A stretch of DNA of 64,000 bases. It comes from an uncultured Lachnospiraceae bacterium (GTDB taxonomy: Bacteria; Bacillota; Clostridia; Lachnospirales; Lachnospiraceae). Both the position numbers and the translations under genes were made by a program. Position 1 is the stretch's first letter. Every line of letters begins with the position of its first letter. This document shows, one piece after another, positions 49,748 through 58,473 of the stretch. The stretch is from assembly GCA_947643615.1 (NCBI GenBank), contig CANRWO010000011.1, positions 10,195 through 74,194 of the forward strand. Reading direction: 5' to 3'. The notes under the pieces were generated by a model that saw only the letters and a program-made list of their open reading frames with translations, ran no database searches and had not been told where the DNA came from.

Positions 49748-49794
49748 GGAGGCAAAACGGAAAATCTTCCGCCGTGCCAGTTGATGAAAGATTG
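49746..49794 (+). pseudogene. Possible decayed 5' stub of carboxyspermidine decarboxylase (nspC-like)
   Basis: GAGGAGG, then ACG-GAA-AAT-CTT-CCG-CCG-TGC-(CA)-GTT-GAT-GAA-AGA-TTG, reading ENLPPC/VDERL, like the LPTPCYVxDE start of NspC as I recall it. Confidence 0.4.
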
Positions 49795-49821
49795 GGTGAG
49801 CAGCCGGTTATCCGGATTCCC

Positions 49822-51000
49822 TTATGTTTCATCAATAAGTTCTCCTTCAGCATTGTATATTTTTATTCCTTTGGGATAGAAATCCAAGCATGTAACCGTT
49901 TCAAGTAACATGTCGGTTAAATATATTTTATAGACCCCGGTATTTAATTGTACAATATAGGTATTGTCCGGTGAGAGTACGATGGTGGTTTCCGTAAGTT
50001 CAGGCGGACAATAATAAGCTTCCAGAGTGTACAAGTGCGATACCAGGTATACGCACACCGTCATGGCTGTCAGCAGGAAAGTGACAGCCGCTTTTTTACC
50101 CGGGGAAGTGTCGTGAAAAAGCATGATACAACGCTTTTTTAAATCACTGTTCCGTGCGTGTAAAAGGAAAGTGGAATCCTTTTTAAGGTAACCGGGTGCC
50201 TCTGAGGCAGATGCAAGAGCCTGCTTGTGCATGTATAGAAGACAGTCCGCGTACTCTTTCGTGGCAGCGGGATTTTCATGGACTAATCTTCTGTCAATAG
50301 ACATTTCCAGCAGGAGATTGGCCTGCTTCTGCAGTAGGATGCAGATTGGATTCCACCAATATATGTAAGAAAACAGCCGTACTGCAAGCTTGATGAAATG
50401 GTCGTGGTGAAAGTAATGTAAGGCTTCATGACGAAGGATATATTGCAGCTGACCGGGAGTGATGGCTATATCCTTTGGAATCAGAATGTATGGCTTTCTA
50501 AAGTAAAAGAGAGAAGGGATGTCCAACCCTCTCAGTTCTACAACACTAAAAATATTTTCTTTGTCATAACAAGTGCAAATATGGTCTAAGGGTTCCTTGT
50601 ACCGGGGCATATCCGTGGCATCTGTGCCGTATTTCAAAATATAGTTTCTGGAATGAAAACAATTCCTGGTCCCCAAAATGAGCTTGACAATAATGCCGCA
50701 GACCCATATGAGCTCAAATATACCCCAATAGGATACTCGGAACCCCCTAATATACATGCGGGTTGACTGGATGGCGGTTAGAGCCTTTGATATGGTTTGC
50801 GGAGGAATAACATTAACGGCAAAGGGGAACTCATAGGGAAAGAGCAGCCGGAGAATAGCCACTACAACTATAACTGCTAATAAATTACTGCCCGCATTTG
50901 CCATTATATTCCAATTTAGAAATGCCACAGCAATCAATATGGCGAGAATGCTGCCGGCTAAAATTGCCATGTATACAGTTGAAAACGAGTATTGCAGCAT
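49822..51000 (-). CDS. BlaR1/MecR1-type M56 membrane metalloprotease with a short C-terminal sensor
   Basis: LR...P.FP, LRHEALHYFHHDH, YWWNP, EMSID; C-terminal TM plus about 65 aa; no penicillin-binding domain. Confidence 0.85.
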   Translation of the reverse strand: MLQYSFSTVYMAILAGSILAILIAVAFLNWNIMANAGSNLLAVIVVVAILRLLFPYEFPFAVNVIPPQTISKALTAIQSTRMYIRGFRVSYWGIFELIWVCGIIVKLILGTRNCFHSRNYILKYGTDATDMPRYKEPLDHICTCYDKENIFSVVELRGLDIPSLFYFRKPYILIPKDIAITPGQLQYILRHEALHYFHHDHFIKLAVRLFSYIYWWNPICILLQKQANLLLEMSIDRRLVHENPAATKEYADCLLYMHKQALASASEAPGYLKKDSTFLLHARNSDLKKRCIMLFHDTSPGKKAAVTFLLTAMTVCVYLVSHLYTLEAYYCPPELTETTIVLSPDNTYIVQLNTGVYKIYLTDMLLETVTCLDFYPKGIKIYNAEGELIDET

Positions 51001-51039
51001 ATGATTCTCCTTTTGCCTGATTGGTCATTTCAATATAAT

Positions 51040-51447
51040 CTACCGGTTCTTATCCGTTTTCTTCTTATATTCGTCAAGTAATTGTTCCAGTTCGGCAATC
51101 TCATTTTGGGCATCATTAGGACGGTGGTCTGCCCGCAACAGAGCGCTGAACAGGGACTGGCCGGATATCAGCCTCTTGAATCGCAGGTAATCGTCCATAA
51201 ACATTTTCTCAATAATGTCAGGGGCGTCTGCAGTGGATTGAAATCTCCTGGCCAGGACATTACCGTCAATGGAAATATCCGCCACCTCGATGAGTTTAAG
51301 CTTTAAGAGCTTGCGGATGGCAGGCTGTACAATATTCACTGTCAATTCAGGCTGTATTTTAATGAGCTGAGATGCACTCAAAGGCTCCTCTGAATGAAAA
51401 ATCATATTTAAAATATTGTATTCCTTAGGATTCAAATATTTGTTCAA
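51040..51447 (-). CDS. BlaI/MecI/CopY-like winged-helix regulator
   Basis: LNPKEYNILNMIFHSEEPLSASQL...IRKLLKLKLIEV; directly upstream of the M56 gene. Confidence 0.8.
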   Translation of the reverse strand: MNKYLNPKEYNILNMIFHSEEPLSASQLIKIQPELTVNIVQPAIRKLLKLKLIEVADISIDGNVLARRFQSTADAPDIIEKMFMDDYLRFKRLISGQSLFSALLRADHRPNDAQNEIAELEQLLDEYKKKTDKNR

Positions 51448-51669
51448 ATCTATTTCCTCACTGTCTGGTCTTTTGGTCTAGTTATTTTATCAAAATATTA
51501 TTTTCCATTAGAGTGTATAATATCAATTTACATTTTTCAACAAATATTAACAAATACACTCAAAATAATTCAAAAAATACTAAATTTAAAAAATAATTGA
51601 CAAATAATGACAAGTGTGAATAATATTTTATTATCAGTACTAACCATTCTGAAAGGAGGCAGGAAAATT

Positions 51670-53487
51670 ATGCGAAGGGGTACGTATCGGACAATCTTGT
51701 CTCTGATTATGGTAATTGCTTTCTTTTTCCTGTCAGTGCCTTGCGTTGGAAATGCGACTGAGAAGACTGACGGTGGTAAATCGGTGATTTTCCTCCTGGA
51801 TGCCAGCGGGAGCATGAAGTCAAATGATCCGGACAGGTTCGTAATAGATGATATCGTACAGATGATTTACACTCTTCCCACAGAATATCAAGCGGGATTT
51901 GTAGCATACGGGGCAGAGATTACCGCGGAGCAGGGATTGGCGGGAAACGGTGGCAGAAATAATGTGGCGGCAGCCGTTAAGGGAGTAGAGTACAAGGGTT
52001 ACAGCAATGCCGGCATCGGATTGCAGCGTGCGGTTGAGTTACTTTTGGAAGATGCCGGGAAAGACAGGCATATTGTCATGTTTTCGGACGGAGAGATCCT
52101 GATGGACAGCCAGGAAATGACGGAAGCGTCCGGGGCACTTTTTCAAAGCGCAGTCGGACAAGCAGAGGAGGCAGGGATAACTATCCATGTTCTCGGCCTG
52201 GGCGAGGACATGGAAGATATGGGCAATTCTATCTTTGATGCGGCGCACAGGACCGTTGGCCAAAGCTGCCATGCTGCGCAGGCGGAGGATATCCGGAAGG
52301 CAATTAGTCAGGTTTTAGTTGAAGGACTGGCCATCAAGCGCTCCACTGTGGCTGTTGTGGAAGCAGGTGGGGAAACGGAAACGGTAGGCGTGGAGCTTCC
52401 CTATGCCTATGCCGATAAGCTTCGCATATTGCTCACCAGCAACGCGCCCATACAGAATGTAAGCGCTAATTTCCAGGCGGAAAGCGCACGGCAGTTTAAC
52501 GGAGAAAGACATGCGCTGATTGAGATAGAAGACCCTTCGGGAGGAGAATTGGAGATCCGCTTTGAAGGTATTCCGGGCAGCCAGGTAGAGATTTACGTCA
52601 TTCCCGAATATTATGTGGATGTCCGGGCGGAGGTCATTTACACGGACAGGGTGCCGGAGGAAGCCGGGGACATACAGGGAGATAATATTATGGCTGAAAA
52701 GGACGCATATTATCAGCGCACTGCCTGTATCCTATACACTTTTTCCAGAGCGGACAATGAAAATATTTTATTGTGGAATACAGATTATTTCCAGCACAAC
52801 AAGATTTCGGTCACTGTAAATGAGGAGACAAAAGAGCTGGCTTTGAATGAAGGAAGGCTGCAAATCGAGGAAAGAGTGACGGACTCCTGTATCTATGAAG
52901 CCTGGTTCGACTATTCGCAGCTTCCGGTTAATGTGGTCGGCACGGATTCTGCCAGGGTGGAGCTGGAAGGTGCGCCTCCGCTGCCGGAACCCCAAGAGGA
53001 ACCCAAGCCGCCGTACTTGCTGATCGGAGCGTCTATAGTCCTTTTACTTATCTTGCTGACAATTGTTTTGTTATGGCTCCGGCGAAGGCCCAAGCCTGTT
53101 CCGGCGCCGTTGGAGGAAAGGCCGGAACCCAGCAGATACAGTTATGTGGGGATGCTGAAGTTATATATTACCAGGACGAGAGCCGGATACGACATCCCGC
53201 CTTTATCTTTTAACCTGTTCAGGACTTCCGCGGGGAGGGTGATATCCCTGCAGGAAATCATAAAGAACTGTGATGTGAAGGAGGAGTTTGCCGGGGCGGA
53301 AGCAATTTACTTTAAGGCAGGCCCAGGCAGGACGTTGATCCTCACCAACAACTCGGACTGCACCATTATGAAGAACCGTGAGATATTGATGAAAAAGCAA
53401 AGCTATCAGCTGCCCTTGGATTCTAAGGTGGATATTTCCTTTGAGGACGAGATCAGTGAATTGACCTTTCAGTACAAGGAGGCGTAG
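51670..53487 (+). CDS. Single-pass vWA-domain surface protein with a cytoplasmic beta domain
   Basis: Signal peptide; MIDAS LLDASGSM...FSDG; Ig-like region; Pro-rich linker; TM plus RRRPK; about 120-aa cytoplasmic beta-rich tail. Confidence 0.88.
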   Translation: MRRGTYRTILSLIMVIAFFFLSVPCVGNATEKTDGGKSVIFLLDASGSMKSNDPDRFVIDDIVQMIYTLPTEYQAGFVAYGAEITAEQGLAGNGGRNNVAAAVKGVEYKGYSNAGIGLQRAVELLLEDAGKDRHIVMFSDGEILMDSQEMTEASGALFQSAVGQAEEAGITIHVLGLGEDMEDMGNSIFDAAHRTVGQSCHAAQAEDIRKAISQVLVEGLAIKRSTVAVVEAGGETETVGVELPYAYADKLRILLTSNAPIQNVSANFQAESARQFNGERHALIEIEDPSGGELEIRFEGIPGSQVEIYVIPEYYVDVRAEVIYTDRVPEEAGDIQGDNIMAEKDAYYQRTACILYTFSRADNENILLWNTDYFQHNKISVTVNEETKELALNEGRLQIEERVTDSCIYEAWFDYSQLPVNVVGTDSARVELEGAPPLPEPQEEPKPPYLLIGASIVLLLILLTIVLLWLRRRPKPVPAPLEERPEPSRYSYVGMLKLYITRTRAGYDIPPLSFNLFRTSAGRVISLQEIIKNCDVKEEFAGAEAIYFKAGPGRTLILTNNSDCTIMKNREILMKKQSYQLPLDSKVDISFEDEISELTFQYKEA

Positions 53488-53640
53488 CTTGCTTTCATAA
53501 TAAGGATCTATTCAGGACCAACCTTGAAAACACTGCGTGTTTCCTCGGCGCTTGGCTCAAGCGGCACAACCAACTGCCCGTAAAAGTACAGCCGCCTGGT
53601 TCTGGACAGTTACAAAATAAGGTAAAAGGAGAGTGGAAAA

Positions 53641-55830
53641 ATGGATACGATAAACCAGACAAACAGGACGTTGCTTCTGGACGTCATCAATCCGGATATG
53701 CCGGACCTGCTCACTCTGGTGGGAGATGTGAAAGGGATTGACAGCTTGGATGACGACAAGATGAAGGAGATCAACCAATACCTGGAATGTCACAGCTACG
53801 AAGAGATGGAGAGAAAATTTAAGCCGGTAGTGTGGTCCTTTTTTGACGCGAATTCTCAGTCTGTAAAGTATACGCTGGAGAGACCGGAAAATATGCCCGA
53901 ATCTATGTTGACGCCGATCTATCTCAATGAGTTTGAAAATTTCCAGAAAACCATCCTTTCTGTGATGCAGTCCAGGAAGGCACAGGGGCTTTTAAACACG
54001 GAGTTCAGCTATGAGAAAGTGTTGGAAATGATATCTCCCAAGAAAGTGATGGAAGATATCAAGCAGGTGCGGAAGGAGCTTCAGTACAACTATAAAAAAT
54101 TCACGGAACTGGAGGAAGGCGACCCCCAGAAATTGGACGTCGGTGACAAGCTGAACCTTCTGTTTGAGGATGCCAGCACAAATTACAATAACGTAATGGC
54201 TATGCTTCCCCTTGCCATTGAAGATATCAAGACAAGGCTGTTTCTGGGCACCAGCGAGCAACAGGGAGAGCATGCGGAAATTGTTCCCGGATATCTGTCA
54301 ATGGGAAACAATGGTGAATTAAAGGTTTTGGAAGCAAAAAAAGAAGAAAGCACAACCCTGGCGTTGCGTGATGACAATATCAACACAGGATTGATTGAGG
54401 CTATAAAGGAGGACTACCAGGCGCTGAACAATGATTCCAACGAGTATGTGCAGAATTTAGTAGTGCGTACCTTCTGCCCGTTGGTATCCACAGAGCAGAC
54501 GGTAGTCGATGTGGAAGCCGAGGTCGCCAACTATAACAGTTATTTGGAGTTTTACCGTGCCTCCAAGGATAACTTTATCAAGGTGGTAAAACCCCTTTTG
54601 GAGAAGCTTTTGGGAATACGGATGTTTTTTGACCAGTACAAAGCAAAAGCAAAGGGGATGGCGCCCACTTTAGTGGTGGCGAACATATCCCCCGAAATGC
54701 TGGCTAAAAGCTCCAACCTTCCCCGGCTGATAACTTACTTAAACACCACCAACAGTAAAAATAATTTTAAGGATACCATATGGTATGCCATATATCCCAA
54801 TGTGGCGTGGAGCCAGGATGTGACCAACCGGATCCAGAGGGAACGTTTCAAAGGGAACGTGAAGAAGGCGGGGACGGATGTGTACAGCATGGAAGCGCTG
54901 GCAACCCTGCTGGATGTGTTCAAGGACTATCGGGTGGAGACTTTCTTTTCCTTTGAAAACAGGGAGGAGACCACCTTCAATGCTTTGGCCGCGGAAGGAA
55001 TTGAGAAAGCCATCGAAAAATGTGCTTCTTTGACAGGGAAGGCATTCAGTGAATTTGCTATTCCGGTACTGCCTAACTTTACGGTGATACCAAGGAATAA
55101 GTCCGGCATTATTTTGGACAGCAGGATGAAGGTTACGGATGGCAATGTGGTAGAACTGTCCAAGGAAAAAGAAGATATTATGCGGCTTTGGATAGAGGGT
55201 GTCTATATCAACGGCGCCTATGTGGCTGCCGGTTTCCGGGCGGCCTGCCAATGCCCGGAATTTCTGAAGGATCATTTCAGCCGGACGAAGATCAAGACAG
55301 ACATGGAGCTGCCCGGAGTGCGCTTTGACATTGAGGCCGGCAATAATTCTCTGTTAGCCTATACTACCATGCCAAAGGAAATTACCGGGTTTACCAACAG
55401 CATCAAGGCACAGATCAACCAGAAGAACTTCGGTTGGGTATTCTCCTCGGAAAATGCATCCTTAAATGGGGAGGATATTACCAATATTTCCGTGTACAAG
55501 GCGAGGAACTTGCTGTATGATTCGGAACATTCCTCCTATGAGCCGGTGTACAAGACACAGGTGACAACGTACATAGAGAGGATTCTGCGGTATGTAACAG
55601 GGGATTTCAAGGAGGATAATATCAAGAATTTCTTTTCCAATAATCCTCAAAGCCAAAAGAGCAAATGGCTGGCCAAAAAGGAATGCATCAATGCCATTAT
55701 TATGGATGGTGACAGCCTGGATTATAATATTGACGATTCCAATGGAGTGTGTGAGCTGACCATATCCTTCAATGGAAGTCCCAGAAATTTGGAAGTTCAA
55801 ATCAATCGTTTGACTTCAAATATATCTTAA
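53641..55830 (+). CDS. 729-aa protein; candidate contractile sheath subunit (TssC-like C-terminal half)
   Basis: Coding status clear (GGAG RBS, long ORF). Function by eye only: LTGKAF, VYINGAYVAAG, GVRFDI, terminal beta strands resemble Bacteroidetes-type TssC as I recall it. Confidence 0.55.
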   Translation: MDTINQTNRTLLLDVINPDMPDLLTLVGDVKGIDSLDDDKMKEINQYLECHSYEEMERKFKPVVWSFFDANSQSVKYTLERPENMPESMLTPIYLNEFENFQKTILSVMQSRKAQGLLNTEFSYEKVLEMISPKKVMEDIKQVRKELQYNYKKFTELEEGDPQKLDVGDKLNLLFEDASTNYNNVMAMLPLAIEDIKTRLFLGTSEQQGEHAEIVPGYLSMGNNGELKVLEAKKEESTTLALRDDNINTGLIEAIKEDYQALNNDSNEYVQNLVVRTFCPLVSTEQTVVDVEAEVANYNSYLEFYRASKDNFIKVVKPLLEKLLGIRMFFDQYKAKAKGMAPTLVVANISPEMLAKSSNLPRLITYLNTTNSKNNFKDTIWYAIYPNVAWSQDVTNRIQRERFKGNVKKAGTDVYSMEALATLLDVFKDYRVETFFSFENREETTFNALAAEGIEKAIEKCASLTGKAFSEFAIPVLPNFTVIPRNKSGIILDSRMKVTDGNVVELSKEKEDIMRLWIEGVYINGAYVAAGFRAACQCPEFLKDHFSRTKIKTDMELPGVRFDIEAGNNSLLAYTTMPKEITGFTNSIKAQINQKNFGWVFSSENASLNGEDITNISVYKARNLLYDSEHSSYEPVYKTQVTTYIERILRYVTGDFKEDNIKNFFSNNPQSQKSKWLAKKECINAIIMDGDSLDYNIDDSNGVCELTISFNGSPRNLEVQINRLTSNIS

Positions 55831-55859
55831 ACCTGTAGAAGGAGAATGGAGGTAGAAAA

Positions 55860-56285
55860 ATGGGTTTCAGATTAACAATTGACGGCTCGGGGCCGGTAAG
55901 CCTGAGCGAAAAATGCATTACCAATGTGGAGTTTCACTCAGAGATTCCGGCAGACTCCAATGCCAGGGCTACGGACAATGGCGCAGCCTTAAAAATATGG
56001 GGTAAAATGCTTTTCTCCCTGGGAGCCGAAGCACAGGATTCCACAGTGAACCTTGCAAAATGGAGTGTGGTCCCCAGTGATTCAGCAGACTGCTACCGCA
56101 AAGCCACAGTGGAAGTAGTTGCGGCGGGACAGATTGTGCGCCAGATTACATTGCCCAATGCATTTGTCATGGAGTATTCGGAGGAACTTGATGATGAGGC
56201 CGGAGTGGGTACCTTCTATCTGCATGTAAAGCAGAAGAAGGATCTGACGGACACAGTCGCCATTGAAGGTGGATTTGACCAGTAA
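55860..56285 (+). CDS. 141-aa beta protein; candidate Hcp/TssD-like tube subunit 1
   Basis: GGAGG RBS; size, acidity and ..TLPNAFVMEYSEE pattern fit tube proteins; 62/141 identical to the next gene. Confidence 0.5.
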   Translation: MGFRLTIDGSGPVSLSEKCITNVEFHSEIPADSNARATDNGAALKIWGKMLFSLGAEAQDSTVNLAKWSVVPSDSADCYRKATVEVVAAGQIVRQITLPNAFVMEYSEELDDEAGVGTFYLHVKQKKDLTDTVAIEGGFDQ

Positions 56286-56299
56286 GGGAGGGATGAGAA

Positions 56300-56728
56300 A
56301 TGTCATTGATAGTTAAGGTTGACGGGCAGCAGAGTTTTGAAGTGTCAAAGGAGTGCGTAAAAAAGGTGAAATTTCAGACGGAAATACCTTTGGATTCCAA
56401 TGCCAGGACAAAGGATGTGGGATGTGCCCTTGAGATTTCCGGAAAGATTCTGGTAGCAACAGATGGCGATCCCTTTGACAGTACAAGGCAGCTTGCATTG
56501 TGGTCCATGGTTCCGGCAGAGAGCGCGGCGGCATACCGCCAGGTAACGGTTGAGATCGTGGAGGCCGGTGTGGTGGAGAGGAAGTATACCTTCCCCAGAG
56601 CATTTGTCATTGATTACAAGGAAGACTTTGGCAATACCGACGGCACAGGAGTATTTTCCATTGTTATCAAGCAAAAGAAGGACAAGCTGGATCTTGTCAC
56701 TGTTGACGGCGGATATGTAGGCGCCTGA
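56300..56728 (+). CDS. 142-aa beta protein; candidate Hcp/TssD-like tube subunit 2
   Basis: GGGAGG RBS; ..TFPRAFVIDYKEDF; gap-free paralog of 55860..56285. Confidence 0.5.
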   Translation: MSLIVKVDGQQSFEVSKECVKKVKFQTEIPLDSNARTKDVGCALEISGKILVATDGDPFDSTRQLALWSMVPAESAAAYRQVTVEIVEAGVVERKYTFPRAFVIDYKEDFGNTDGTGVFSIVIKQKKDKLDLVTVDGGYVGA

Positions 56729-56877
56729 AATATGTCGCCGGCTCAATGATGTACCGGTGTATTGTGTGGAGGAGGCGTGTCTGTTGGGGCGCGCCTTCTG
56801 CCAACATATATTGTTGTCTGTAATCCAAAAAGTTTTCGGGAAAGGTTTTTGGAGTGCAGGCAAGAAAGGCGGAAAAT

Positions 56878-57318
56878 ATGGAAGGTATAAAGGATTATTA
56901 CCGGATACTTGGCGTATCGGAAAATGCTGCGGAGGAGGAAATTAAGTCAGCTTTCCGAAAGCTGGCAAAGAAGTATCATCCGGACGCGCATCCTGGAGAT
57001 GAGAATTGTGAGCAAATATTTCGGGAAGTAAATGAGGCCTATAATGTGTTGGGCGATTCTCGGAAGCGTAAAGCATATGACGGGAAGCGGCGCGGGACAA
57101 AAAGCAGCGGCAGCTTTCGCCGGGAAAGCGCCGGGGACAGCCGCAGTACCGGGGAAAAGAATGTGGACTTTGAAAACATCCACAAAAGTTTTGCCAAGTT
57201 CTTTGGTTTTGACCCCAGGGCACAGGATATCCCAGATGGAGGAAAACAAAAGGGCAAATCTGCAAATCCATTGGATACTACAGAGGCGTTTGAGCGGTTT
57301 ATGGGGATAAAGAGGTAA
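56878..57318 (+). CDS. Small J-domain (DnaJ-like) protein
   Basis: KDYYRILGV...[16 protein letters not shown]...[10 protein letters not shown] with an intact HPD motif. Confidence 0.92.
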   Translation: MEGIKDYYRILGVSENAAEEEIKSAFRKLAKKYHPDAHPGDENCEQIFREVNEAYNVLGDSRKRKAYDGKRRGTKSSGSFRRESAGDSRSTGEKNVDFENIHKSFAKFFGFDPRAQDIPDGGKQKGKSANPLDTTEAFERFMGIKR

Positions 57319-57321
57319 CCT

Positions 57322-57867
57322 ATGAAGAGAGCGATCAATGTGGCGATAGCGGTTTTTTCTATTGAGATAGCAGTCATATTGGCAGTAAAGACTGACTGGA
57401 CGGATAGCTGGTTTTGGATTATGGCTGCGGCCCTTTTTGCAATTGCGCATATGGGAATGGCATTAAGAAAGAACAGGGAAGACGTTGGGCAAAGGAAGCC
57501 GGCCTTTTCTGCGCCTGTTCTGCCGGATACGGCGCTGACAGAGGTGGCGCTCCTGGGGGAGGATGGCACCCGGCTGGCATTCTGGAATATCTATGGGAAA
57601 AACGGAATTGTGATAGGCCGGGATATCGGAGAGAACAATGTCACCATTAATTTGGACAACAGCACTTATGCAAGCATGATAGATGTAGAGCACGCTGTTT
57701 TAAATTATTCAGGGGATTGCTGGTACATAGAGGACATTTCGGAGAAAAACGGCGTCAGCATACAGAAACAGGATGGCAGGAAGTACAGGCTTGCCTATGG
57801 AAAACCTTGCAGGCTGGAAAAGGGCGATATCATTTACATTGCCCTCACACGGCTTCAGATTTTATAA
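57322..57867 (+). CDS. Membrane-anchored FHA-domain protein (degenerate phosphothreonine site)
   Basis: Two N-terminal TMs; VIGRD...IDVEHA...EKNGV, with the conserved Ser of SxxH replaced by Asp. Confidence 0.85.
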   Translation: MKRAINVAIAVFSIEIAVILAVKTDWTDSWFWIMAAALFAIAHMGMALRKNREDVGQRKPAFSAPVLPDTALTEVALLGEDGTRLAFWNIYGKNGIVIGRDIGENNVTINLDNSTYASMIDVEHAVLNYSGDCWYIEDISEKNGVSIQKQDGRKYRLAYGKPCRLEKGDIIYIALTRLQIL

Positions 57868-57897
57868 ATGCAATTAATATCAAAGGATGGTGGTCTA

Positions 57898-58422
57898 ATG
57901 GGAGAATCAAATTTAATCCGCTGCCAGAACGGGCACTTATTCAGTAAGAAGCGGTATGGAACCGTCTGCCCCTATTGCAATGTGGAGACGGAAACCAGGG
58001 AAAAGAAGGAAGTACAGAAGACGGAAGTAGATATGGAGGAGGAACTGTTCAGAGAGGATATCAAGCCGGTTTGTGGCTGGCTGGTATGCATTTCGGGCCC
58101 CCGCCAAGGCAAGGATTATAAAATCGTGCAGGGTAAGAATTTCATTGGCAGGGCGGACGACATGGATATCCAGATTCTGGGTGACAATGAGATTTCCAGA
58201 AGGAACCATGCCATAATCGTGTTTGACCCCAAGAAAAAAGAGACCGTACTCTTACCGGGGGATTCTAACGGACTGGTCTACCTGAATGAAAATGCGGTGT
58301 ACACCCCCATGACTCTTAGCAGTTACGACAAGATTGAATTGGGAAAATCCGTTTTTGCTTTTCTGCCCTTTTGCGGAAATCATTTTATGTGGGGAGAGAA
58401 AGACGGCAGCGCGCAGAATTGA
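57898..58422 (+). CDS. Zinc-ribbon plus canonical FHA-domain protein
   Basis: CQNGH...CPYC; FIGRADD...ISRRNHA...SNG. Confidence 0.88.
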   Translation: MGESNLIRCQNGHLFSKKRYGTVCPYCNVETETREKKEVQKTEVDMEEELFREDIKPVCGWLVCISGPRQGKDYKIVQGKNFIGRADDMDIQILGDNEISRRNHAIIVFDPKKKETVLLPGDSNGLVYLNENAVYTPMTLSSYDKIELGKSVFAFLPFCGNHFMWGEKDGSAQN

Positions 58423-58473
58423 GTATGAAGAATTAATTGGCTTATGTGCCAAAGCACGCAAAGGGGTATAAGC

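Noticed and set aside
53505-53613. Possible degenerate second copy of the 63191 MITE
   Set aside because: Only 8/12 matches between putative ends (GGATCTATTCAG vs CTGGACAGTTAC); too weak without a genome-wide profile.
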